DNA of 64,000 bases from Gammaproteobacteria bacterium (GTDB lineage: Bacteria; Pseudomonadota; Gammaproteobacteria; Eutrophobiales; Eutrophobiaceae): contig CBDEUK010000001.1 in the NCBI GenBank assembly GCA_965243205.1, positions 171,385 through 235,384 on the forward strand, in the 5' to 3' direction. Of this stretch, positions 50,318 to 59,880 are shown in pieces. A model generated the notes under the pieces. It searched no databases, was not told where the DNA came from, and saw only the letters and a list, made by a program, of their open reading frames with translations. Both the position numbers and the translations under genes were made by a program. Position 1 is the stretch's first letter. Each line of letters begins with the position of its first letter.

Positions 50318-51565
50318 ATGAAAATTGCAATTATAGGAAGTGGTATTTCAGGTTTAGGTGCTGCCTATTTACTCAACCCTGTCCATGACATTACCGTATT
50401 TGAAAAAAATGATTATATAGGCGGTCACAGTCGTACCCGAACTGTACGAATTGCTGATCAACAGATCCCTGTTGATACTGGATTCATTGTTTTTAATGAT
50501 CAAAATTATCCTAATCTTTGTGCTTTATTTGAGTTATTAGACGTTCCCATTGAAAATAGTGATATGTCCTTTGGTGTAAGCATTAACCAGGGCGATTTGG
50601 AATACAGTTCCAATAATATGTTGGCTCAAAAACGTAACTTATTCCGACCTAAATATTGGCGTATGTTAAAAGATGTTATTCATTTTAATAAACATGCTGA
50701 ATCTTATTTAAATAGATCAAACGAAGTTACATTAGAGCAATGTTTAAAAGAATTAAAATTAAGCGAATGGTTTAAACAATATTATCTACTTGCTATGGGG
50801 GCTGCAATATGGAGTTGTCCTGTAGAGACCATGTTAAAATTTCCAGCAAAAACATTCATACGCTTTTTTAAAAATCATGGCCTACTTACTATCAATCAAC
50901 ATCCACAATGGAAAACTGTTTCAGGAGGTAGTCACGAATACATTAAACGATTAACAAAACCTTTCAGCGAAAAAATAAAGCTCAATTGTGGCGTAACTAA
51001 TGTATACCTCGATGAAAACAAAATTAAAGTTGTGAATGAACAGAATGCAAGCGAAAATTTTGATCATGTAATATTTGCATGTCATGCAGACGAAGCATTG
51101 CAGATGATACAAAACACTCCAAAAGAAATTTTTAGTGTTTTAAATCATTTTCAATATCAAAAAAATAAAATTATTTTACATTCAGATACAAGCTTCATGC
51201 CTAAAAACTTAAAATGTTGGTCTAGCTGGATTTATTTAAATGAAACTAATAATTCTAATAATAATGATGTTTCATTAAGTTATTGGATGAATAACTTACA
51301 AAATATCGATAAGAAACATTCAATTATTATCACTTTGAATCCAGGTCGACAACCTGATACAAACCTAATACATGAAGAACATGAATTTTCCCATCCAATA
51401 TTTACAAGCGATGCAATTAATGCTCAAGAAGACATAAACAGTATACAAGGACAAAATAATTTATGGTTTTGTGGTGCCTATCAACGTTATGGTTTCCATG
51501 AAGATGGTTTATTAAGTGCTGTTAATTTAGTAAAAAAAATGGGTGTTAAAATTCCATGGCACTAA
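50318..51565 (+). CDS. NAD(P)/FAD-dependent amine-oxidase-like oxidoreductase (UfaD-like) of conserved lipid-modification cluster
   Basis: 415 aa; dinucleotide motif IAIIGSGISGLGAAYLL. Confidence 0.75.
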   Translation: MKIAIIGSGISGLGAAYLLNPVHDITVFEKNDYIGGHSRTRTVRIADQQIPVDTGFIVFNDQNYPNLCALFELLDVPIENSDMSFGVSINQGDLEYSSNNMLAQKRNLFRPKYWRMLKDVIHFNKHAESYLNRSNEVTLEQCLKELKLSEWFKQYYLLAMGAAIWSCPVETMLKFPAKTFIRFFKNHGLLTINQHPQWKTVSGGSHEYIKRLTKPFSEKIKLNCGVTNVYLDENKIKVVNEQNASENFDHVIFACHADEALQMIQNTPKEIFSVLNHFQYQKNKIILHSDTSFMPKNLKCWSSWIYLNETNNSNNNDVSLSYWMNNLQNIDKKHSIIITLNPGRQPDTNLIHEEHEFSHPIFTSDAINAQEDINSIQGQNNLWFCGAYQRYGFHEDGLLSAVNLVKKMGVKIPWH

Positions 51566-52329
51566 CACCTCAAATATTATTTGGTAACGTCATGCATAAA
51601 CGACTTAAACCAACAATCAATCAATTTAGATATTCTATATATTATCTTGCATTACCATTATCACAATTATCCAATATACCTATTGCTTACAATCGCCCTG
51701 GATTATTAAGCTTTTATGATAAAGATCATGGCCTATGTGATGGCACTGATTTAAAACTATGGGCAAATGACATTTTAAAACAAAAAAATTTAGATTCTTC
51801 TATCGATGAAATTGTTTTGATCTGTATGCCACGAATTTTAGGTTATGTATTCAATCCAGTAAGCTTTTGGTTATGTTTTGATAAAGAAGAAAATTTAAAA
51901 TGTGTATTGTGTGAAGTACACAATACATTCGGAGAAAAACATACCTATGTATGCAATAACTCTAACCTCAACAATATAAATCAAAGAAAAATGACAGCAA
52001 ATAAAGTATTCCATGTTTCGCCTTTTTTAAAACGAGATGGAGAATATGAATTTGAATTTCGATGGGATAAAGATCATTTTTCGGCTTATATAGATTATTA
52101 CAGTTCTGAAGGCAGACATTTATTAACATCATTAACTGGAGAGTTCGAAAACTTAACTAGAAGCTCAATTTTCAAAGCACTATTAATGCACCCTCTTGTT
52201 ACCTTAAAAACAATTGCACTAATACATTGGCAAGCTCTGAAACTCGTATTTAAAAAGATACGATATGTAAAAAAGCCTCAACAATTAGACAAAAAAATCA
52301 GTTTCACTCAAAACCTTAATAATAATTAA
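51556..52329 (+). CDS. DUF1365 family protein
   Basis: 257 aa. It sits in the conserved position between the flavoprotein and the Cfa-like methyltransferase. Confidence 0.65.
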   Translation: MALTPQILFGNVMHKRLKPTINQFRYSIYYLALPLSQLSNIPIAYNRPGLLSFYDKDHGLCDGTDLKLWANDILKQKNLDSSIDEIVLICMPRILGYVFNPVSFWLCFDKEENLKCVLCEVHNTFGEKHTYVCNNSNLNNINQRKMTANKVFHVSPFLKRDGEYEFEFRWDKDHFSAYIDYYSSEGRHLLTSLTGEFENLTRSSIFKALLMHPLVTLKTIALIHWQALKLVFKKIRYVKKPQQLDKKISFTQNLNNN

Positions 52330-52345
52330 TTGTAGAGTAATCATT

Positions 52346-53536
52346 ATGATAATCACACACTCAGATAATCTTAAAATGCTTAATAAATCTACCGCACAGA
52401 AATTGCTTTCACATCTAGATAAACTAGAGAAAGGCAATCTAAAGCTAACCACTCCTGATGGCCAAAATTATGAGTTTTCTGGGAGCCAGCCAGGTTATTC
52501 TGCCAATATTATTGTCAATAAATGGACTGTATTTTCCAATATAGCCTTAAGAGGAGATATTGGGTTTGCTGAAGATTATCGTGATGGCAATTGGCACTCA
52601 AATAATGTCAAAGATTTAGTGTGTTTAATTTTAGATAACCGTTCTGCCCTCGATAAATACACCAAAGGCAATAAGCTTCTTTCATGGATAACAAAATTAG
52701 GTTACTTCTTTAATCGAAACTCGATTAAAGGCAGTAAAAATAACATCCACGCACATTATGATTTAGGCAATGATTTTTATTCATTATGGCTGGATGAAAC
52801 AATGACTTACTCTTCAGCGATATATAAACATCCAAATGAATCGATTGAAGATGCCCAACTAAATAAATACGATAGAATCATAGAACGTTTAAATACTAAT
52901 TCAGGTAACTTACTCGAAGTTGGTTGTGGATGGGGAGGGTTTTCTGAACGTTGCTTAGAAAAACAAGATAGAGATATTAAAGGCATTACCCTTTCCGAAG
53001 AACAATATGACTTTGCAAAAAAAAGATTATTCACACGAGCTAATATTCGATTAGAAGACTACCGTCATCAAAATCGTAAATATGACAACATTGTATCAAT
53101 AGAAATGTTTGAAGCTGTTGGTGAAAAATATTGGCAAACCTATTTCGGAAAATTAAAACAATTACTGAAACAAAAAGGTAATGCCATTATTCAAACGATA
53201 ACCATCAATGATAATGATTTCCCTCGCTATCGAAACACCAGCGATTTTATTAGAAGTTATATATTTCCTGGCGGCATGCTGCCCTGCCCTAGTGTGTTTA
53301 AACAACAAGCTGAAAAAGCTGGGTTTAAAGCCTATGATGAATTCAGTTTTGGTCAAGACTATGCAAAAACATTGGATCAGTGGCTTCATGCATTTGATAA
53401 AAAAGAACCTGAACTAAAAAATTTAGGCTTTGATGATAAATTCATGCGTCTTTGGCGTTTTTATTTAGCAGCGTGTTATGCAGGTTTTAAAACTAATCGT
53501 ACTGATGTTATACAGGTTCAACTTTGTCATGCGTAA
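52346..53536 (+). CDS. Cyclopropane-fatty-acyl-phospholipid synthase family SAM-dependent methyltransferase
   Basis: 396 aa; SAM motif LEVGCGWGG and other Cfa-type motifs. Confidence 0.85.
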   Translation: MIITHSDNLKMLNKSTAQKLLSHLDKLEKGNLKLTTPDGQNYEFSGSQPGYSANIIVNKWTVFSNIALRGDIGFAEDYRDGNWHSNNVKDLVCLILDNRSALDKYTKGNKLLSWITKLGYFFNRNSIKGSKNNIHAHYDLGNDFYSLWLDETMTYSSAIYKHPNESIEDAQLNKYDRIIERLNTNSGNLLEVGCGWGGFSERCLEKQDRDIKGITLSEEQYDFAKKRLFTRANIRLEDYRHQNRKYDNIVSIEMFEAVGEKYWQTYFGKLKQLLKQKGNAIIQTITINDNDFPRYRNTSDFIRSYIFPGGMLPCPSVFKQQAEKAGFKAYDEFSFGQDYAKTLDQWLHAFDKKEPELKNLGFDDKFMRLWRFYLAACYAGFKTNRTDVIQVQLCHA

Positions 53537-54044
53537 ATACTTTATTATTCTTCTATTATTTTTCAGCCTTCAACCAAACGTTGTACTCAGCAATGACAAC
53601 ATAGTCAGTTATGTGCCTGAAGCAAAACGAGTTGGCGGTGGTCGTTTATCATTTTTATTTTGGGATGTTTACGACATAACGCTTTATGCACCTAAAGGAA
53701 GTTGGCAGCAAGATAAACCTTTCGCTATCGAGCTTTCCTACTTGATGGATATAGAAGCTAGAAAGATTGCTGACCGCTCAATTGAAGAAATGCGTAAACA
53801 AGGTATTAAAGATGAAATAAAACTTGCAACTTGGCATAACCAAATAAGTAAAATATTTCCTGATGTTAGTGAAGGAATTAAATTAGTTGGCATTTGTACA
53901 AAGAATGGAGAGAGCATTTTCATGAGGGATGGTGAAATTATTGGAAGAATATCTGATGAAGAATTCAGTGAAGCCTTTTTTAATATATGGCTAGGTGAAA
54001 AAACCAGCGCACCTGATTTACGTAGCCAATTATTAGGTGACTAG
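53529..54044 (+). CDS. Chalcone-isomerase-like (Chalcone_3) secreted protein
   Basis: Signal peptide from the internal MRKYFIILLLFF, consistent with the chalcone-isomerase-like family seen in this cluster type. The longest ORF starts at 53478 inside the cfa gene. Confidence 0.55.
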   Translation: MRKYFIILLLFFSLQPNVVLSNDNIVSYVPEAKRVGGGRLSFLFWDVYDITLYAPKGSWQQDKPFAIELSYLMDIEARKIADRSIEEMRKQGIKDEIKLATWHNQISKIFPDVSEGIKLVGICTKNGESIFMRDGEIIGRISDEEFSEAFFNIWLGEKTSAPDLRSQLLGD

Positions 54045-55366
54045 TGAACACAAATTCGCTATTAAAATCTGAACTGTTTCAATACAGTTTTATTGCTTTA
54101 CCGTTGGCTTTTGCAGGCTTGCCACTTTATATCAATGCACCAGATTTTTACGTCCGTGAATTTGCCATTAATATCGGAACCATTGGTTATATTCTCCTGA
54201 TCATTCGTTTATTTGATGCGTTTCAAGATCCATTCATAGGTTTTTTATCCGATAAATTTCATAAAAAACGACATATGATTGTTACAACGGGTGTTCTAAT
54301 ACTGGCTATTGGAATTAGTGGCATCTTTTATGGGCCTATCGGTCAAACAAGTGCAACTTTATGGTTTATTGTTTCAATGTTATTGGCAACAACTGGTTTT
54401 AGTATTTGCTCAATCAATCTAAACCAAATTGGTGGCTTTTGGAAAGAAGAACCCGAGCAAAGAACTATTATAGCCGCTTGGAGAGAAAGTTTTGCATTAC
54501 TTGGTTTACTATTAGCTGCACTATTACCAACACTTCTGCAAATAAAATTCCCCACAAATATTGCATATGAATTTCTTAATATTATTTTCCTATTTTTAAT
54601 TTTTATAGGATTGGCTTTACTTTCTGTATTTTTACTAAACACAAACAAATTTATAGAAAAAACACAGCCCGTATATATCAGCTTTCAATTCTTAAGGTTA
54701 TTTAAAGGAAAAAATTCTCTTTTCTTCTTAGTTTGTTTTTTATCTCAATTAGCATCTGCATTGCCTGCAGTTTTAGTGCTATTTTTTATTCGTGATTATT
54801 TAAATTTAGAGCACTTATCAAGTTTATTTTTATTTTTATATTTTGTTTCAGGAATTGCATTTATCTCGGTCTGGGTAAAGCTAAGTTATCAGTTTGGAAA
54901 AATGAATACATGGCTTTTATCAATGTTACTGAGTGTTATAGCTTTTGCTTGGGTATTTATATTATCACCTGGCGATTCCATGTTATATGGGATTATATGT
55001 GTACTTTCAGGTATTTCATTAGGTGCCGACCTTGCATTGCCTCCATCTATTTTAGCTGATCGGGTAACGCTTCAGAAATCTCAACCAATTTCTACGCAAT
55101 ATTTTGCAGCATTTGGATTTATACCCAAACTTACCATCTCAATTGCGAGTGGCATTGCATTCATTACATTAGATTCTATTGGTTTTAGTACTGATAATGT
55201 TAATACTGAAACTGCTTTATTTGGTCTGTTAATACTTTACAGCCTATTACCATGCTTTTTTAAACTATTAGCAATTATTACTTTATTTATCTTGCAAAAA
55301 CATGAAGGTGATGATTATGCAAATTATGAGAGGAGTTATCGCGATGGCAATTTTAACATTTATTAA
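54044..55366 (+). CDS. MFS transporter
   Basis: 440 aa with 12 TM helices. Confidence 0.8.
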   Translation: MNTNSLLKSELFQYSFIALPLAFAGLPLYINAPDFYVREFAINIGTIGYILLIIRLFDAFQDPFIGFLSDKFHKKRHMIVTTGVLILAIGISGIFYGPIGQTSATLWFIVSMLLATTGFSICSINLNQIGGFWKEEPEQRTIIAAWRESFALLGLLLAALLPTLLQIKFPTNIAYEFLNIIFLFLIFIGLALLSVFLLNTNKFIEKTQPVYISFQFLRLFKGKNSLFFLVCFLSQLASALPAVLVLFFIRDYLNLEHLSSLFLFLYFVSGIAFISVWVKLSYQFGKMNTWLLSMLLSVIAFAWVFILSPGDSMLYGIICVLSGISLGADLALPPSILADRVTLQKSQPISTQYFAAFGFIPKLTISIASGIAFITLDSIGFSTDNVNTETALFGLLILYSLLPCFFKLLAIITLFILQKHEGDDYANYERSYRDGNFNIY

Positions 55367-55847
55367 TGCGTGCTCTATGACACCACTTGAACAATACTCT
55401 GAACAAGAACCCACATTGGATCTTCAAGAATACTTCACAGGAGAAATAAAGGCTTGGGGTTTAATACAAGATCGAAAAGGCAAAGTGACAAGACGTTTTG
55501 ATGTTGTTATGAATGGAACATGGGATGATAATATCGGAACGTTAAAAGAGGATTTCCAATATTATGATGGTGAACAACAAAAAAGGATATGGACGATAAA
55601 AAAAATCGACAATGATAATTACGAAGGGACTGCTGGTGATATTATTGATAAAGCAACTGGACAGTTAAATGGTAATGCTATGCGCTGGGCTTATCAAATG
55701 AACCTTGATGTTGGCGATAAAACCTATCGAATTACTTTCGATGACTGGATGTTTCTTATGAACGATGGCGTACTGATTAACCGATCTTATTTGAAAAAAT
55801 TTGGTATCACTGTAGCTGAGCTAACCTTATTCATGCAAAAACAATAA
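55302..55847 (+). CDS. DUF3833 family lipoprotein
   Basis: Lipobox FINAC. The true start is probably an internal Met (~55317-55326). Confidence 0.55.
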   Translation: MKVMIMQIMRGVIAMAILTFINACSMTPLEQYSEQEPTLDLQEYFTGEIKAWGLIQDRKGKVTRRFDVVMNGTWDDNIGTLKEDFQYYDGEQQKRIWTIKKIDNDNYEGTAGDIIDKATGQLNGNAMRWAYQMNLDVGDKTYRITFDDWMFLMNDGVLINRSYLKKFGITVAELTLFMQKQ

Positions 55848-55853
55848 TTATTT

Positions 55854-56594
55854 ATGTCTGCTGATAAAAAAAATTACTGGATTATTGGCGCTAGCAGTGG
55901 CATAGGAAAAGCATTAGCATTTGAGCTAGATAAACAAGGCTATAATTTAATTTTATCTGCAAGAAGAAAAAAATTACTCGAAGATATTAATAACCAACTA
56001 AGCAGATCACATAATATTTTAGAACTCGATATTTCGAACATAGATTCGATTCAATCATCTATTCAAAAAATAGAATTAACATATGATAATTTGGATAGTG
56101 TTATATTTATGGCCGGTATCTATGCTCCCACATCTATTGAAGACATGAATGTAGCCGATGCAAAAAATATTATTGATATTAATTTTACTGGTTGCGTTAA
56201 TTTCGTTCATCATGTATTACCGATTTTAAAAAAACAGCAACAGGGTCAAATAGCTATCTGCTCCAGTGTCGCCGCATATAGAGGATTACCTAATGGACAA
56301 ATCTATTCTGCTACTAAAGCAGCTCTTACTAATTTTACTGAAAGCCTAAAATTAGAAATGAAAGAATATGATATCGATGTGAAGCTTATAAGCCCTGGTT
56401 TTGTAAAAACACCAATGACAGATAAAAATAATTTCAAAATGCCAATGATGATAGAACCAGAACAGGCAGCTTCTGAAATTGCTAAAGGATTGAATTCAAA
56501 TGCTTTTGAAATTCATTTTCCCAAACGTTTCACTTTTCTAATAAAATTACTCTGCCTTCTTCCATATTTTATATATTTCAGACTCATACGCTAA
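55854..56594 (+). CDS. Short-chain dehydrogenase/reductase (SDR)
   Basis: 246 aa; IIGASSGIGKA cofactor motif and YSATKAA catalytic motif. Confidence 0.85.
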   Translation: MSADKKNYWIIGASSGIGKALAFELDKQGYNLILSARRKKLLEDINNQLSRSHNILELDISNIDSIQSSIQKIELTYDNLDSVIFMAGIYAPTSIEDMNVADAKNIIDINFTGCVNFVHHVLPILKKQQQGQIAICSSVAAYRGLPNGQIYSATKAALTNFTESLKLEMKEYDIDVKLISPGFVKTPMTDKNNFKMPMMIEPEQAASEIAKGLNSNAFEIHFPKRFTFLIKLLCLLPYFIYFRLIR

Positions 56595-56610
56595 TCATAT
56601 CTAAACATTT

Positions 56611-57477
56611 CTATGCTGCCTTTTGCTTATTTATTTTCATCTCAAATAGAACCAAACCTATTAATATTAAAATGGTTCCTAATATAATAGAAATAGTAAT
56701 TGCTTCATTATTTAATATGTGACCTAGGTATAAACTGCTAACAGGTGTGATTAAACTAATTAAAGATACTCTTACAGGATCTAATTTTTGTAATATAAAA
56801 TAATATAAAGAAAAACCTATTGCAGTTGCAATGACTCCCAAATAAATAATTGATGCCGTTGTTTTATAGGAGAACGATGCAACAGACTCGTCCGCCATAT
56901 AAAATGTAAATATAAACAATGGAACAGCAATCATTAAACCCCCATAGGTTGATTCAATACCAGATATCGGTGCATTAACTTTTTTAATAAATACCGCACT
57001 TAATGAATGTGCAAATGTGCTTAAAAGCATAAGTAAAATTCCAAAGCCTGCATGCTCACCAAAATCATTACTACCGCCAAAAATTAGAACTAAACCCATG
57101 AGACCTAAACCCATACCTGATAATTTTTTAGTCGTTAGATGATTTTCATTTAACACATAAGCAGAAGCGATCCCTGTTATGATTGGTGATAAACCAAATA
57201 AGACAGAAACCCAACCAGTAGGTATGTATTGAACACTGTAATAGACCAAAGACATTGCAATATAGATTCCGAGTCCAGCACAGATATAAGCTAAATAAGC
57301 TTTTTTTGAATAATTTAAATTCTGACGTGTAACAAAGAATATAAACATCAAACTTAACAAACCTATAAGCATACGCGATGTTACGCCGAACATAACGCCA
57401 CTTTGACTACTCCAATAGACAGCCAATGGCGTTGTGCTCCAGATTATAATGACACTTAAATAGGCTAATTTAATCAT
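56611..57477 (-). CDS. DMT-superfamily (EamA-like) transporter
   Basis: 288 aa with ten TM helices and two EamA repeats. Confidence 0.8.
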   Translation of the reverse strand: MIKLAYLSVIIIWSTTPLAVYWSSQSGVMFGVTSRMLIGLLSLMFIFFVTRQNLNYSKKAYLAYICAGLGIYIAMSLVYYSVQYIPTGWVSVLFGLSPIITGIASAYVLNENHLTTKKLSGMGLGLMGLVLIFGGSNDFGEHAGFGILLMLLSTFAHSLSAVFIKKVNAPISGIESTYGGLMIAVPLFIFTFYMADESVASFSYKTTASIIYLGVIATAIGFSLYYFILQKLDPVRVSLISLITPVSSLYLGHILNNEAITISIILGTILILIGLVLFEMKINKQKAA

Positions 57478-57502
57478 ATCAGTCCTTTTTTATGGCGAAA
57501 AA

Positions 57503-57536
57503 AAAGGCCGCTAGGAAAACCTGCGGCCTTTTTGTT
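57503..57536. terminator. Bidirectional hairpin AAAAAAAAGGCCGC-taggaaaacct-GCGGCCTTTTT
   Basis: GC-rich 6-bp stem with A/T runs on both sides. It lies immediately upstream of the DMT gene start. Confidence 0.45.
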
Positions 57537-57642
57537 GGAATTCTAATTTAGTTATTTCAACACAAACACGCAGGCACCACTGATCGCTTGACCAGTAGCC
57601 AACAAATTGCTCGTCGTTTTGAAGTTGAAAAAATCATGGCGC

Positions 57643-57668
57643 GGATTCTACATTTAGAATCCTATTTG
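57643..57668 (+). terminator. Orphan intrinsic-terminator-like hairpin GGATTCTA-catt-TAGAATCC followed by UAUUUGU
   Basis: Perfect 8-bp stem plus a U-rich tail in a 460-bp gene-free interval. It could mark the 3' end of an unannotated small RNA. Confidence 0.35.
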
Positions 57669-57955
57669 TCAATAAAACAAACTGCATTGCTAATAAATCA
57701 AATGCATAACAATTCATCACTCGCATGCTTCAATATTTATGTTTACCTACTAAGTTGTGATGTTTGCAATACTGTATTTTTAATTAATTTATAAGATTGA
57801 AAACGATTGTATTTTGATTAAAAAATCGGCTCTATAAGCCATATTTTATTAAATATTTTTAAGAATTATCCGATATTAATTGAATAATGGTGATTTATGT
57901 AAATGACCTAAACTTTTCACCAAATTTTATGCTTTTCTAATTGGTAGTCGAAAAA

Positions 57956-59077
57956 ATGAGACTAAAAATACCTAGTAAAATCAATTATTTACTATTTTCA
58001 CTCTTATTCTCGTCTACATCTCCAATTAAGGCTGACTATCTAGAGGAAAATGTCTCGCCTGGGCATGCAACTATGCAGGAATGGTTGTTACCCAAAACAC
58101 CACCTCATCCAGAAGATAACAAACCAACGGCCGCAAGGATTGAGCTGGGTAAAATGCTCTTTTTTGATAAACGATTGAGCGGTAACGGGGATATGTCATG
58201 TGCTACTTGCCATAACCCTGTACTTGGTTGGTCTGATGGTTTGCCAACTGCTAAGGGGTTCAATGATGAAGTACTTGAAAGAGCTAGCCCAACTGTTATC
58301 AATAGCGCATACAACTCAATACAAATGTGGGATGGCCGGAATAAGTCATTGGAAGAACAAGCGCTCGGACCTATCACAAGTAAAACTGAAATGAACATGG
58401 AAATAGCAAAATTAATTAATTGGTTAAATGGAAATCAAAACTACGTAAACGCATTCCAAAAAGCTTATCCAAACAGAGAAATAAACATTCAAACAGTTGC
58501 TATGGCTATAGCATCATTTGAAAGAACCATCATTAGTAATAATTCAGCTTTTGATTTTTGGGTTAAAGGCGATAAGAAAGCTATGACGAAACAGCAAGTA
58601 CAAGGATTTAAAGTATTTCTTGATCCGAACAAAGGCAACTGCGCTGCTTGTCATCTTGCACCCAATTTTACAGATGATGGATTTCATAATATTGGTTTGC
58701 AATCTTTTGCAGAAGAAAACCCAGATTTAGGTCGTTATGAACAAAAACCAGTAAAACTGATGAAAGGAGCATTCAAAACTCCCACTCTAAGAAACATCGC
58801 CTTAACAGCACCTTATTTTCATGACGGTTCTGCGAAAAATTTAGAAGAAGTCATTGATCATTATATAGAAGGTGGAATTACAAAAAGTAACCTGTCACCT
58901 AATATGAAAACACTTTCGATAAACGATGAAGAAAAACAGGCTTTAATCGCTTTTTTACAAGCATTAACTACCAAACAGGAATCAATAGCATTGCCTCATC
59001 TTCCAGAAGACCATGTTATAGATAAAAACACAACCATGCATAGTTCTATTACTAACAACATCAAAAAAGGTAAATAA
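57956..59077 (+). CDS. Di-haem cytochrome c peroxidase (CCP/MauG family)
   Basis: Two CxxCH sites (CATCHN; CAACHL) and a signal peptide from the internal MRLKIP. The longest ORF starts at 57941. Confidence 0.85.
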   Translation: MRLKIPSKINYLLFSLLFSSTSPIKADYLEENVSPGHATMQEWLLPKTPPHPEDNKPTAARIELGKMLFFDKRLSGNGDMSCATCHNPVLGWSDGLPTAKGFNDEVLERASPTVINSAYNSIQMWDGRNKSLEEQALGPITSKTEMNMEIAKLINWLNGNQNYVNAFQKAYPNREINIQTVAMAIASFERTIISNNSAFDFWVKGDKKAMTKQQVQGFKVFLDPNKGNCAACHLAPNFTDDGFHNIGLQSFAEENPDLGRYEQKPVKLMKGAFKTPTLRNIALTAPYFHDGSAKNLEEVIDHYIEGGITKSNLSPNMKTLSINDEEKQALIAFLQALTTKQESIALPHLPEDHVIDKNTTMHSSITNNIKKGK

Positions 59078-59126
59078 TCTTGATAAAAGATAACTCTTAA
59101 ATGATACACATATAGGAATTTTAATT

Positions 59127-59450
59127 ATGAACACATTGGAAAAGATATACATAACGGCAGCTGTGTTTCTGCTTTGTAATCAATACGTATTAGCTGAAGA
59201 ATATGAAGTTGGTCAATTAAATAAAGCTTTCACAACAGAATCATTGACGATAAAAAAAGGCGACACTATAAGCTTTGTTAATCATGATGATTTTTTTCAC
59301 AATATATTTAGCTTATCAGATACAGCAAGTTTTGATTTAGGCTCTTATCCAAAAGGTGAAGCGAAATCTTATACATTCGATACTGCAGGAGAAGTCGTTA
59401 TTGAATGTGCCATTCATCCAGATATGAAGCTAAAGATTACTGTCGAGTAA
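59127..59450 (+). CDS. Type-1 copper cupredoxin (amicyanin/pseudoazurin-like)
   Basis: 107 aa with a signal peptide and ligand set His (VNHDDFFHN) ... ECAIHPDM (C-x2-H-x2-M, as in amicyanin). Confidence 0.7.
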   Translation: MNTLEKIYITAAVFLLCNQYVLAEEYEVGQLNKAFTTESLTIKKGDTISFVNHDDFFHNIFSLSDTASFDLGSYPKGEAKSYTFDTAGEVVIECAIHPDMKLKITVE

Positions 59451-59457
59451 TCAAACC

Positions 59458-59880
59458 ATGAAAACTTTATTAATTCTTCTTACTTTGTCTATAAGTTGTT
59501 GGCCTTTAGTGGTTAACAGCGAACTCTATGCTATTACAGAAAGTAATTCATTCAACACGAATAAAGTGGAAATGATAAAAGATATAAAAAAAGTTCATAT
59601 TAAATCTGGTTTAGAAATAGGAAAAAATATATATACAGTTCGTTGTGCAATTTGCCATGGAGAAAACGGTGAAGGTGATGGCAAAATGACCAAGATAATT
59701 TATGACCCATCACCAGCAAACCTTACAACCAGCACATTAACGGACGAAGATATGCAACTAATTATTCATGAAGGTGGTGAAGCTGTTGGACGCTCATATC
59801 ATATGCCGCCTTGGAAAGATGAATTATCTAAGTCAGAAATATTCAGTGTTATGAACTATATAAAAGCATTAAGACAATGA
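59458..59880 (+). CDS. Mono-haem class I cytochrome c
   Basis: 140 aa with a signal peptide, CAICHG and a downstream Met (YHMPPW). Confidence 0.8.
   Translation: MKTLLILLTLSISCWPLVVNSELYAITESNSFNTNKVEMIKDIKKVHIKSGLEIGKNIYTVRCAICHGENGEGDGKMTKIIYDPSPANLTTSTLTDEDMQLIIHEGGEAVGRSYHMPPWKDELSKSEIFSVMNYIKALRQ

Noticed and set aside
57588-57794. 68-aa plus-strand ORF in the DMT/ccp intergenic region
   Set aside because: It has no RBS and spans a terminator-like hairpin. The region looks non-coding (possible sRNA instead).
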